A stretch of 61,811 nucleotides of DNA, from assembly GCA_034780895.1 (NCBI GenBank), contig JAUZTB010000071.1, positions 18,605,521 to 18,667,331 on the forward strand, written 5' to 3'. A model generated the notes under the pieces. It did not search any database, was not told the DNA's origin, and saw only the letters and a program-made list of their open reading frames with translations. Source of the stretch: Rhynchobatus australiae. Its lineage: Eukaryota. Below, piece by piece: positions 1 through 11,570 of this stretch; position 1 is the first letter of the stretch; each line of letters begins with the position of its first letter. The position numbers were made by a program, and so were the translations under genes.

Positions 1-904
1 AATTTATCCACTTGTATATTATTAGCAAATAGAATAACTAAGATGATAGAAGTTAGAAATTTGGAATTATTAGATATTTTTGCTACCAACTTTTCTGGTT
101 ATTTATCTCGTCTTATAATTACACTTTTGATAACTCATTTAGTCTAAATTAACAATTCATTATTGGCCATTGTTCTTCAAAGGGATAGCGGAGAGATTAT
201 GATATTCTGGATTTGGGCTGTTATTTGAGATTTTTTATTAATATCAATAACAAAATAATGATAAATTGTACTTTAACAAGAATATATTTTGAAACTTTAA
301 ATTGACAGTTACACAATGACATTTTTACACATGGAAAAGTTCCCATTATTTTTTTATTATTCGAGAAGATATAGGCTCTTCAATAAACTTTAATCATTTA
401 TCATTTTTTTCTTCTAGTCAGCTTATTGCTATTTCTATTCAATTCAATTTTAAAAACTGACAAGAATTAGCCTTTAGCATGTTTCTAAAAGATCGGCTAA
501 TTTATTCATTTCTCTGGCCAAACTGATTTACCCGGTAATTTAAAAAAACATACTGGCTCACTAGGGTATTGTTTGTGCTCTTGCTAAATACAATGAGATA
601 ATATAACTGTAATGTATTCAATTAGAAGAGTCAAGTGCAACAAAAATGTTAAAGTGCAAATGGAAAAAATAATAAAGAGAACTAAAGACCACTTTGTTTT
701 ACTTGATTATTAGATATTCATATCTTTGATCAATTGGAAGTATCATTGCCTGATACAAAAGATCGATATAATAAGAATTAATTGTGTGTGAGTGGCATGC
801 TTTAGGTTATAGACCAGATTAAACACAATCTGTGCTGTGGGAAAGTATAAATGGTTTGAAAGAATTGTATACACTTAGAAAATGAATGAGACACATTGCC
901 CATC

Positions 905-1300
905 TTGAATACTTTTTCAAACAACACCTTCCAGATGTGTGACATCTATCATCTGAATGAACAGAGGGAGTGCTACCATCTGCAGGTTGGCATCAATTCA
1001 TGTACTGTTATCATTTTGTAATATTTTGTTGTTCTTTCATCATTATTGAGTCTAAGTCACGGAACACCCTATCAAACAGCACTGTGTAAGTACCTTTAAT
1101 AAATCAGCTGCAGCAGTTCAAGAAGGTGGCTCATAACAACCTTCTCAATGGTAGGAATCAAAACTTGATAGTTGGCATGGACATAGTAGACTGAAGGGTC
1201 CGTTTCTGTGCTGTACAAATTTTTGACTTAATGAGGGGTGGACAATAAATGTTAGCCTTACTGGCAATAACTACATCCAGTAAATAAATAAAATAAATAT
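905..1300 (+). mobile_element. Degenerate 3' end of an elasmobranch CR1/L2-group LINE
   Basis: Contains gctgcagcagttcaagaaggtggctcataacaaccttctcaa, then ggacaataaatgttagccttactggcaa and a (TAAA)n tail. The same motif family recurs at about 27430, 30640, 32820 (minus) and 52400. Boundaries are approximate. Confidence 0.7.
1156..1229 (+). mobile_element. CR1/HER1-type 3' tail fragment nested in the older LINE end
   Basis: ggcatggacatagtagactgaagggtccgtttctgtgctgtac matches the CR1 tails at 21545-21603 and 45655-45698, and it interrupts the host element between cttctcaa and gaggggtggacaataaat. Confidence 0.7.
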
Positions 1301-2899
1301 ATGTTAACATAGCAAACGAGCAATACTTATATTCTGAGTGTTATTGCAGGAAGAGTCTTCACAATTTGATTCCATTGCAATTTCACTACAAATTGTAAAC
1401 GATCCTGCAAGAACTGTGTAATTGCTAATTATAAAGATCTGATTACTTCATCCCAGGTTTTTATATCCATGTAATATCTTTGATGCCCATAGATTTACTT
1501 AATTAAACCCTATCAGTAATTATAATAGGACAATAGTTGAAATGATTTTTCTTAAAGATGGATTGCTATAGAATGTTCTGTGGCATTATGTGTTGATGTG
1601 GCAACATTCTGCTTTGTAGCATCATAGGACACAGGCTTTTTCTGATCCCAGGTGAAAGTGACTGACTTATCTCTCCAGTACAGTGATGCAGAGGCACCAA
1701 CCAAAGGTAGGGCAATGTTACACCGTGTGGGAAACATAGAATATTGGCCTGTCAAATAGAAGCTATTTTCCAAAGAGTCCAGAGAAGCTGAAAGAATGTT
1801 TTGTCTTGCTTTATGGGAACAGTATGGTGTTAATAGGAAGTGGGGAAGAAAAGACCATGAGGATTAATGCTTGTCAAAAAGGACATATCCAATATTTTAT
1901 TCCAGTGACAAAAATGACTTGAGATTTACATCATATGACATACTTGTGTGATTAACCTTATATACTCAGTAATTCCAAAGAGTAGTAGGCTTTAATGCAT
2001 ATTGTATAACNNNNNNNNNNNNNNNNNNNNNNNNNNNNNNNNNNNNNNNNNNNNNNNNNNNNNNNNNNNNNNNNNNNNNNNNNNNNNNNNNNNNNNNNNN
2101 NNNNNNNNNNNNNNNNNNNNNNNNNNNNTCCTGCCCCAGCGAAAGAACAAGTGGGACTTTTTATTTTTGCAAAACTTTTTTTTAAACCACTCCTGATTGT
2201 TATCCTTGGTTTCTGTCCAAGCAATCAATTCTTTATGCAAGGGTGCTTGTACTTATGCTGCTATACAAGATGTTAAATAAAACTGACTGGAAGTGAGAGG
2301 GATTAATTTACAGATACGGTGGTTTATTTTACCACCTCTCTCATTATATTCTGAAAAGATTATGCCATGAAGCAGGCAGCATGAGATCACTTTTTATTTC
2401 CTTAAATTTGTTTTACAGTTCCTTACAGAGTCTCCAGGTTAGTGTGTGGAGTGACTTGTTAATATAGTAAGTTGAGACAGCACATTAGTTCCATAAAAAT
2501 AAAGGATATTCATTTGACTGTCTTTGATTAATGCCTTATATTTTGTAATTTTAACAATTGTTACATTAAAATGTTTAACCAATAGTCAGCATGGACAAAT
2601 CTTCATTTCATTCTGTGTTTGAATTTTGTTAATAACATATTACTACCATTCAAGATCTTCATGGAGCAAACTGATGCAGTTAAATGACAGAGGAAAGCAA
2701 AACTCAGATATAACACCTCAAGGTAATTTATGTGGCCTTGTCTCTGGTTCATTTAGTGCACACAGGACTTTAATGAATGTACTGAGATTAAAAATAATAT
2801 TATTCTAACTCTTCAAATTTCAAAATATCAAGTTCTTTCAAAATTAAATAAAATTCTACTTTTTTCTTTTCATTTTAAAGGAACAATGATTGAGATTCT

Positions 2900-2998
2900 T
2901 TCAGAGGGACATCTAATGCTGCACTCTATGGTAAATATCCCAGTGGACACTTGGACCCAGAAGTTTTCTGACTGCCTAAGGCAACACTGTCACCTGAG
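2900..2998 (-). mobile_element. Very degenerate DeuSINE (SacSINE1-like) head fragment
   Basis: cttggacccagaagttttctgactgcctaaggcaacactgtcacc resembles the reverse complement of the SINE heads at 33133 and 46380. Confidence 0.35.
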
Positions 2999-5539
2999 AT
3001 ACCCATGCTTGTTCAAAAGGTTATTACCTGGTAGTTACACAGAAATGGGAAGTTGCTGATGGATCAATAATGGTCTACATCCAAACAATCAATTTCTCAA
3101 TTTACAAATTCAAGTGAGGATTATTCCAGTCAATACATACTGAAGTGCATAAATTTGAAGTGGAGCCAATTAAACTCTCCTTCATAATACAAAAAGTGCA
3201 CTGAAGCAAACATAAGACTACAGTTTAATGAAATCTTATTGTATTTTATGCATACACTGTAGAGTGAAGAATGTGCCTATTCAGACTGCATGGGATGTTA
3301 ATTCTGATTTCCTGACTGTAACCACACTTAGTTTGGTAGATTGAACATAAAATGATCCCACAGATATGTTTGCAACCACAAACATTGCACATTGTTAGAT
3401 AGCCTGCATTTAAAAATCACAATTATATTGCTTTGCGGGAACCAAGAACTGTAATTTTAATTCAATCCATCGAATAAACTTTTTAAAGTTTCAACATGCA
3501 TGTGCTTCTAATTTTATCAACATTCTACAAACATCCAAACTCACAATGGGGCTTTGTAACTCCAGAGTAAATCCAGACCGGAGTAAATGCTACTGGAGTC
3601 TACAGGCTCTGCCCCAGAGAAAAACAGACTGTTCCTGTAATTGTTTCGGCTCTGGAGTGAATTTGGAATTGTGCAAATGGGGATTCTGGAGTGAGTCCCA
3701 AACAGCCTCATTTTTTGAGTGGATGCCTCAGACAGGCAAAAGGGATGCCAATGTAATAATATTACTACAATTGAATCTCTGTTGATTATCTGTAACTGTA
3801 CTTTGAAACTGCAAAATAAAACTGCCTGGCTCTGCTCTGCTGCAGAGTAAAACTATGTGGCCTTAAAGTAGGTGATCTGAGCTTTGAATTAAAAATATGA
3901 GCTCAGGGCAATTCCCTGTGATCTTATTTTTTTTCTCTAGGACTACACATAGTATAATTGAAGAAAGTAATGATTANNNNNNNNNNNNNNNNNNNNNNNN
4001 NNNNNNNNNNNNNNNNNNNNNNNNNNNNNNNNNNNNNNNNNNNNNNNNNNNNNNNNNNNNNNNNNNNNNNNNNNNNAATGATTACCGTCCACTGATCGAT
4101 GGATTAATTCATGTTGTCTGAGGTTTCCCACAATCAAGTCATCTCTGTATCTTCAACCAGACTCACATATGAAGAATACTCAATATAAAGAGCTAAGGAT
4201 GGCCACTGGTACACAGGGCACTATATTCGATTGAGACAGATGGTTTTGGAGTGGAAACTGCAGAGCAGTAGAATGGCAGATATGCATTGCAAAATACAAT
4301 CCAGTGGCTGTGTGTTCACATCCAACCGCAGAATGCGATCAATAAATTTGAAAGTGACCTGGAATGTACTGTAACGATCCACTCATGTGCTTCAGTGAAA
4401 GGATATATCTTGACAGGTTCACACATGATTCCAGGTCCATACTAAGAGGTTGAGTCTTAGGGCTGGCTAAAAAGGCTCAGTTGCAAAAAATATGTGACAG
4501 ATCTGCTGGCAACTTTTCAGAGCAAGTGGTCAATCATGCATCCTAACCTGCACATTACAAGAAAGTCTAGGGGACTTTAAACAAAAATGAAGCTATTTAC
4601 GAAGGAATTCTCTAGTTACAATGGATGAATTCACATTGTAATAAAAGAAATGCGATATTTTTGTTGCTTCTGATCAATGTCCTTCAAATTCTTCTTTCTT
4701 TACATAGATTCTGAATATCATTAAAAATCTGGTCTCTTAAGTTTTTACATAACACTATCAAATGAAATCTACTGATCCTCTTTACCAAAAAATATCTGCA
4801 GGAGAAAAATGTAATAATATTTTTCTGCATAAAGCATGATACATAAAGCATGTACACACAAGGTACATTTTCATCAATTCATATTTGTATCTCTTCATGA
4901 AAAGCAATCATAAATCAGCATAATAAATGCACTGTAATAGCACTGCACAGATTTAGATTGTTTCAACTCCTTTTCAGTGGTGCCCTAGAAGCCTTGAGCT
5001 TTCTTGATGTATAGATCAATACATTTCACAAAAAAAAACCACAGCCTGTCAGCTTTCACTTGCCTGCAGATAAAATTACAGAAGCTACATAACACATTCC
5101 TTGTTTCTTGGTTGCTAGACACAGCATGTAAATACTATAGAGGAAGGTGTAATGTTTTTTCTGGCAAGCCATTTTGGCTCCTGTGACAACATTAGTTATT
5201 CCATGCTTCCATCCACTTTATATTAAATGTCATCCCAAAGAAAACTGCACAGCTTTGACTTAGATTAATACTTGTGGTTCATGCAGTTTGCCAAGATAAT
5301 TCCCTTCCTTTACATGTGCTTGGCAATGAGAACATATTTATGTTTTGCTAAAGCTTTTGGTTTCAGCATAAATGTTCACTTACCAAGACAATGAAAATAA
5401 AGATGNNNNNNNNNNCTATATTTCATTGAATTAGAGATAGAGGAGCTTTGTCCTGCTTTTGAAAGAAGAAACTGCAAGTTATGATGGAATTGAGTAACTG
5501 TGACTGCTCAATTAATGATTTCAGCACTCATGCACTTGG

Positions 5540-5638
5540 ATATACATTTACACATAAGTATACTCACACGTGCACACACGCACACATGTACAAATGTGCA
5601 CATGAACCTGAACAAACACATGCATATATTCACATGTG

Positions 5639-5683
<45 letters not shown>

Positions 5684-5748
5684 ATATATAAATTCACATA
5701 CATGCTAGCTTACACATGCATATAGATAATTAAATATACACATACATT
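5540..5748. repeat. Alternating purine-pyrimidine tract with a pure (CA)n core
   Basis: Pure (AC)n at about 5646-5678 within about 200 bp of cryptic CA/TA/TG alternation. Confidence 0.95.
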
Positions 5749-5896
5749 TCTGGGAGTTTCTTGATGTATTTATAATTGTGAACAAATCTGAGTTTCAGTG
5801 TTTAGGTGTAACATCTCCAATCATTGCATTAATTATTTGTTAGCTTCCCAACCATTTTTACTGAAGACTAATCATGCAGGCAAATTAACATGGCTG

Positions 5897-6112
5897 AAGG
5901 CAAAATAGTGCAGATACTGGAAATCTGAAATAAAAAAATCTGGAAATACTCAATGGGTCAGGTATTATCTATTAAGAGCTAAACAGCGTTAATGTTTCAA
6001 GCACATGACTTTTCCTTAGAACTCAATCTGAAGCAACCTGCCATATCAATGCTGGTTCTCTCTTCATAGATGCCATCTGACCTGCTGAGTATTTCTAACA
6101 GTGTCTGACTTT
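5897..6112. mobile_element. Old palindromic Penelope-like-element end (degenerate hammerhead-bearing repeat)
   Basis: Left arm gcagatactggaaatctgaaataaaa...tggaaatactcaatgggtcagg, right arm catagatgccatctgacctgctgagtatttcta in inverse orientation. Same family as 24855 and 37633. Confidence 0.7.
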
Positions 6113-6954
6113 AAATTAATGTAGTTGCTCTGTTCATTTGACTTTGAATGCTATCTCAGCTAGTCATTGTGGTGGAATGAAACTTGTCCCCCTCATTTCA
6201 GCCTCTGTAATTTTATTATCAAGGAACAACACAGGAAGACATACCCATCTCATTGATTCATTCAAATTGCCATTTGTTCAATGGAAGCCATATTTATTTG
6301 CCACCTGTCTATATTCTGGCAAAAACCTAAAACAATTGGAAAATGCAAAATCCACCTAAAAAGATCAGATTTGGTAAACCAACACTATTATTAAAGGAAA
6401 GCAGTGACTCCAAGCATCTTTCCCTTTTTCTAATTGATTGCTCATGTTTGTCAAAACAGAAAAGGGAGAGAAGCAACTACATGAGATAGTAAATTGAATA
6501 TTACAATATTTGCAATATTTGCATATTATAAACAACCAAATACCTATGCATCTCATGGGACTGAATAGACAAATATGGGANNNNNNNNNNNNNNNNNNNN
6601 NNNNNNNNNNNNNNNNNNNNNNNNNATCTGTTCTGTTGCATAAAGGGTTAAACTACCTAAAGTGTGAGGTGCAAAGGAAATATTTTAATTTTCTTTTCTG
6701 AAACAGAAATCTAGGTAAATGACTAAGAACTTTTGTGAAGTCATAGCAGAGCATAAAAAGCTTAAAACTTGAGTAAATATAGAATTAGAGGATAAATGAT
6801 AACCAAAATCTAGAGGTAAAAGCTTGTAGATTATAGATGAGAAGGAAAAGTAAGGAGTTTCATCATCTATAAATTGTTTCAACCAGTACCTATGGTAGTT
6901 TTTAATATAGTGTGAAAGCGAAACTAACTGCAGCAATCCATACTCCAAATAACA

Positions 6955-7060
6955 TGTTCCCTAGATTACTACAGCAACTTGAAAGTACTTTATTCGCTCT
7001 GATGCACTTTGAGTCAACTCAAGATTGTGAAAGTTATGACCTAAATGCAAGTTTGTTTTG
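6955..7060 (+). mobile_element. DeuSINE/L2-type 3' tail, degenerate
   Basis: acttgaaagtactttattcgctctgatgcactttgag...gattgtgaaagttatgacctaaatgcaagtttgttt aligns with 33465-33548. Confidence 0.6.
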
Positions 7061-8149
7061 TGTTTTTCCATGAAAACACAGGCAAAGGACATTAAGCCAC
7101 TCATTGGTGTTTGTTGGGATTGGGTTCATGTAGTGTGATTCTCATGAAGAAAGCCTTGGAATATTAATACAGGCATTCCAATAATATATATTTCTATAAT
7201 ATATTATCCTGCAACATCTGCAGCCTTGAGAGTGATGATGCAACTCAGCTTCATGTTGAAAGAGATATGCAAACACTGGCAAGTCAAGTATGTTTATAAT
7301 ACAAGTTACATTTTCCCATGTAACAAATTACAAGAGAATGAATCTTTGTTCTGTATGTCTGAATAGTGACCAAAGAGGATTGAAAATTTACTTGAATGTA
7401 GGCACAGGCCATCCTTTAATAATATGGGTAGGATTTGCAGTCTTGTTTTATCTGAGAAATTGCCGCTTGCAAAATGTCAATTTATTTAATAGATATTTGC
7501 AATTTTCAGGTCTAATATTGGCTATTTGCTGATTTGTTATGTTTGTAATCACAGGAGAAAGCATTGACCATCTTTAATATTATCCTTAACGAAACCTATT
7601 TGTGCCTTTCTTTCAGAATGACATGATAAGGTACATATAAATCAAGAAAATTATTAAAACACAACACAGTGAGGTACACCGTATTGACTATTTAAGTATG
7701 AATTTCCATTAGAGCTGTAACAGTTAAGTTCTGAGTTTGGGCGCCCACATTTAACGCTATTGACTGAGTCTGAAATTCCAGGCAATGTTCCCTTTCCAAA
7801 TGCATGATAACAGGGTGCTTACTTGCAGAGNNNNNNNNNNNNNNNNNNNNNNNNNNNNNNNNNNNNNNNNNNNNNNNNNNNNNNNNNNNNNNNNNNNNNN
7901 NNNNNNNNNNNNNNNNNNNNNNNNNNNNNNNNNNNNNNNNNNNNNNNNNNNNNNNNNNNNNNNNNNNNNNNNNNNNNNNNNNNNNNNNNNNNNNNNNNNN
8001 NNNNNNNNNNNNNNNNNNNNNNNNNNNNNNNNNNNNNNNNNNNNNNNNNNNNNNNNNNNNNNNNNNNNNNNNNNNNNNNNNNNNNNNCTTGACTGGAGAT
8101 GTATTCACCATGGGAGAAAATTACAAAGGGAAGGATATTGTACAAATGA

Positions 8150-8385
8150 AAAAGCGGACCGTGTGTGGTCATAAGCCCCCCTGGGTCTGTCTTACTATTC
8201 AGTGAGATTATGGATGATCCTGTACTTCATATCCATCTTCCTGACTGGTTTCCATATCCACAAAAATCTAATGATCACAGCATTAGATGTATTCATCAAC
8301 TGAGCATGCACAATCCTCTGAAATAGAGAACTCCTTATTATCACAATGGTTTGAGTCTAGAATTATATTGTTCACTCAATATCAT
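8150..8385 (-). mobile_element. Degenerate CR1 LINE 3' fragment
   Basis: ctattcagtgagattatggatgatc and caactgagcatgcacaatcctctgaaatagagaactcc, similar to 8715-8765. Confidence 0.55.
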
Positions 8386-8599
8386 ATGATCAGGCCTATA
8401 TGGCTTAATTTAAACTAAAAATTAAATCTACTTTTTTTTATTGTAACGATTCAAGATTTTGAATTTTTTGTGCAATTAGTAGTTTAACTATCAAACTAAT
8501 GCAGAACATGTGCCTGACAAACTACTTGCGAGAAATAGTAGATTAAGTTGTTAGATTGGACAATGTAGCTGATGGAAGATGCTCATTAGTTTGTTTGTC

Positions 8600-9445
8600 A
8601 TAAGATTCATTAAGATTATAGTTGATCTTTTGTCTCAATTTCCTTTTCTTGTACTGTACCCATATCCCTTGAATCCTTTAATATCCCAAAAATCAATCAG
8701 TATTTCAAATTAACTCAATGACTGAGCCTCCACAGTCCTTTGGGATAGAGAATTCCAATAATTTGCCACCCAATAATTGAAGGAATTTTCATTTATATAG
8801 CTTATAAGATAAAATATCTTTATTAATCACATGTACATCGAAACACACAGGGAAATACATCTTTGCGTAATGTGTTCTGGGGGCAGCCCACAAGTGTCGC
8901 CACGCTGCCGGCACCAACGTAGCATGCCCACAACTTCCTAATTTGTACACCTTTGGAATGTGGGAGGAAACCAGACCACCCGGAGGAAACCCACGCAGAC
9001 ATGGGGAGAATGCACAAACTCCTGACAGACACGGACCGGAATTGAACCTGGGTAGCTGGCGCTGTAATAGCGTTGCACTAACTGTCACACAACCGTTCCT
9101 GCCTTGTGTATAATTCTGAGATTGTGACACCTGGTTCTAGACTCCTCAGGCAGGGCAAACAACCTCTCTGCATCCAGTCTTTCAAGCCATCTAAGAATCT
9201 TGTGAGTTTCAATGACATCTCTCATTTTTATACTCTGGAGAATGCAGACCAAGTCTACTCAATGACTCCCTAAATGGTATATCTGCCATTCCTGAAACCA
9301 TTCAGGAGAATCTTCACTGCAAACCCTCAAGGACAATGTATCCTTTTTTAGCTGTACTCTGTACTCCAATTGTGATCTTACCAAAGCCCTATAACAGTCA
9401 TAAGACAATTCAAATCCTCTTGTAATAAAGGTCAACATACTATGT
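8600..9445 (-). mobile_element. CR1 LINE 3' fragment split by a V-SINE insertion
   Basis: Minus-strand translation includes HSMLTFITRGFE...YRALVRSQLEYRVQ...VCSEDSPEWFQEW (CR1 ORF2 C-terminal region, frameshifted). The element is continuous across 8808-9103. Confidence 0.8.
8808..9103 (-). mobile_element. tRNA-derived V-SINE, near full length
   Basis: On the minus strand: a tRNA-like head with B-box GGTTCAATTCC, the V-domain TTTGTGCATTCTCCCCATGTCTGCGTGGGTTTCCTCCGGGTGGTCTGGTTTCCTCCCACATTCCAAAG, and the tail GTGTTTCGATGTACATGTGATTAATAAAGATAT. A second copy lies at 52067. Confidence 0.9.
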
Positions 9446-11009
9446 GTCTTCCAAGTCGTTTGCTGCTNNNNNNNNNNNNNNNNNNNNNNNNNNNNNNNNN
9501 NNNNNNNNNNNNNNNNNNNNNNNNNNNNNNNNNNNNNNNNNNNNNNNNNNNNNNNNNNNNNNNNNNNACAACCACAACTTGTCACCTAACGAAGATCTGT
9601 TGTCCTGAAGACATTTGCAGAGGTACTGTTTTGTAATTGATGCAGACATTTTCCCTTCTGCTATGCTTAAACGATACGCATTGATTATTAACTGTGATGC
9701 ACATTGCAACCAAGTTAGCTTCATTTCTCATCCAAATAATTACATATGCAGAGGGAGTCACAAGATATCATTCAGTAATTAAATTGGTTGATGTTTATAG
9801 TCTTCATGCTGAACCAAAGTCATTGCTGTCAATTGTAGCATTGTAAGAACACTTGGATTAAACCTCAACGAGAATATTTATGATGGGCATTGGGCAAATC
9901 CTTAAAGTTTCACCATAATTCTTCATCAAAGTGTCATGTGAGATTTGCCACCCAATTTATGACTTGAATGATGCTTAAACTTGTTCCTTCTCTTACATTA
10001 AGCAGTTAGATTATGAATAAATTAGCATTTTCTTGCCCGTTATCTGAGAAGTGAGATATCAAAGCCACAAACCAACAAATATTCACTAGCCTAAAAATCA
10101 TGATTGATAACACTTAACCCTAAGCATCTAGCTTGTAAATAAATGTGTTCATTCATGAAATGAATAAGAGCTTAGGATACCACTTCATCTGTATCATGGT
10201 GACTCAATATTATTTTTGCTGATTATCGTTACAGTTGAGATTGTTAAATGAGATTGATATAAATAAGTGAAATTAAAATAAGTTTAGACAATTCTGGAAA
10301 ACTAGCAATATTAGAGAGTCAGTATTGAATAGGTCAGAGTCCATCTGATCACAATAATATTTTTTGAACTTATATGATCTTGTCCCAGTGTGGATGTAGT
10401 CTTGTAGCACATCCTTCTGAGGTGATGGTATTAGATATGAGAGATGTCAGCATGATGAATCTCCCTCTGCAGAACTGCTGTCCATTCATCTTCGATCAGC
10501 TTCTCCTGGGAAAATTAGCTGCTGTATCTGAACTGGCTGTTTTAAATCTAACCTCCATTGATTCTACAGAAAATTGCACCTCTAAATAATACTTTTTTCC
10601 TCTGCCAGAATGGTATGGCCACACAGTTGTAACTAGCATAATCTCTATCTTCCTTTCTGTCAAAGCTGAACTTTCAATTTTCCAGAGATTTACTTTTACA
10701 TAGTCTTGATATTGAATTTCTACCCCTTGTACTTTGACTAAATGAACTGGAACAGGATAAAGGATAAAGCACTGAAAACTAAAACTGGCATTTAGGTATG
10801 ACTTTAGAGTCAAAAACTAATGTCACATATCTCTCATCTCCAAACAGACCATCTTAGTTATGTTGACTAATCTGAGTGATAATTGTTGGCAAAGCTCAGG
10901 ATTTTGGCANNNNNNNNNNNNNNNNNNNNNNNNNNNNNNNNNNNNNNNNNNNNNNNNNNNNNNNNNNNNNNNNNNNNNNNNNNNNNNNNNNNNNNNNNNN
11001 NNNNNNNNN

Positions 11010-11200
11010 GCACCATCCACCCACCAATCTCTAATTGTACTCTTCTAATTTTGGCCTCTTAAAGCATCCCTGCTTTTAATGTTCCACTACTGGTGGCTGT
11101 TCCTCCAGATGCCTGGGCTCTAAGCTCCAGTATTCCCTCCCTAACCCTCTCTAGATGTTCCTTAAACCTTACCTAATGTCTCCATGTATGGCTAGTTTAG
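11010..11200 (+). mobile_element. L2-type LINE 3' fragment
   Basis: ccactactggtggctgttcctccagatgcctgggctctaagctccagtattccctccctaacc is the inverse of 11490-11550. Confidence 0.65.
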
Positions 11201-11329
11201 TCCGATGCACAATAATAACATCCATTTATGTTGCTGTTCACTGATCTGGAAATGTTGACTCTCCACAGACACCACCTGTGTATTTCCATCGTTTCTGGGT
11301 TTATTGTGAGGGTCTGCAGTGCTTTGCTT

Positions 11330-11570
11330 GTGGATTGCCTTATATTTTAGGCAGCAAAGTGTCCCAAGGAGCTTCACTGAAGCATAGTTGAACAACAACT
11401 GATGTTAAAACATGTTAGGGCAGGTAATCAGAAGCTGGGAAAAAGCGCAAGGTTTTGAGGATCGTCTTAAAGGGGAAGAGGGAGCAGAAGGATAAGGGAA
11501 GGAATTCCAGAACTTGGGATCCTGGGAGCTGAAGGCACAACTGCCAATGATGCAGTGATTGAAATTAAAT
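11330..11570 (-). mobile_element. L2-type LINE 3' end
   Basis: aaagtgtcccaaggagcttcac ... ggttttgaggatcgtcttaaagg ... gggaaggaattccagaacttgggatcctgggagctgaaggcacaactgccaatg; the terminus is shared with the DeuSINE tail. Confidence 0.7.
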
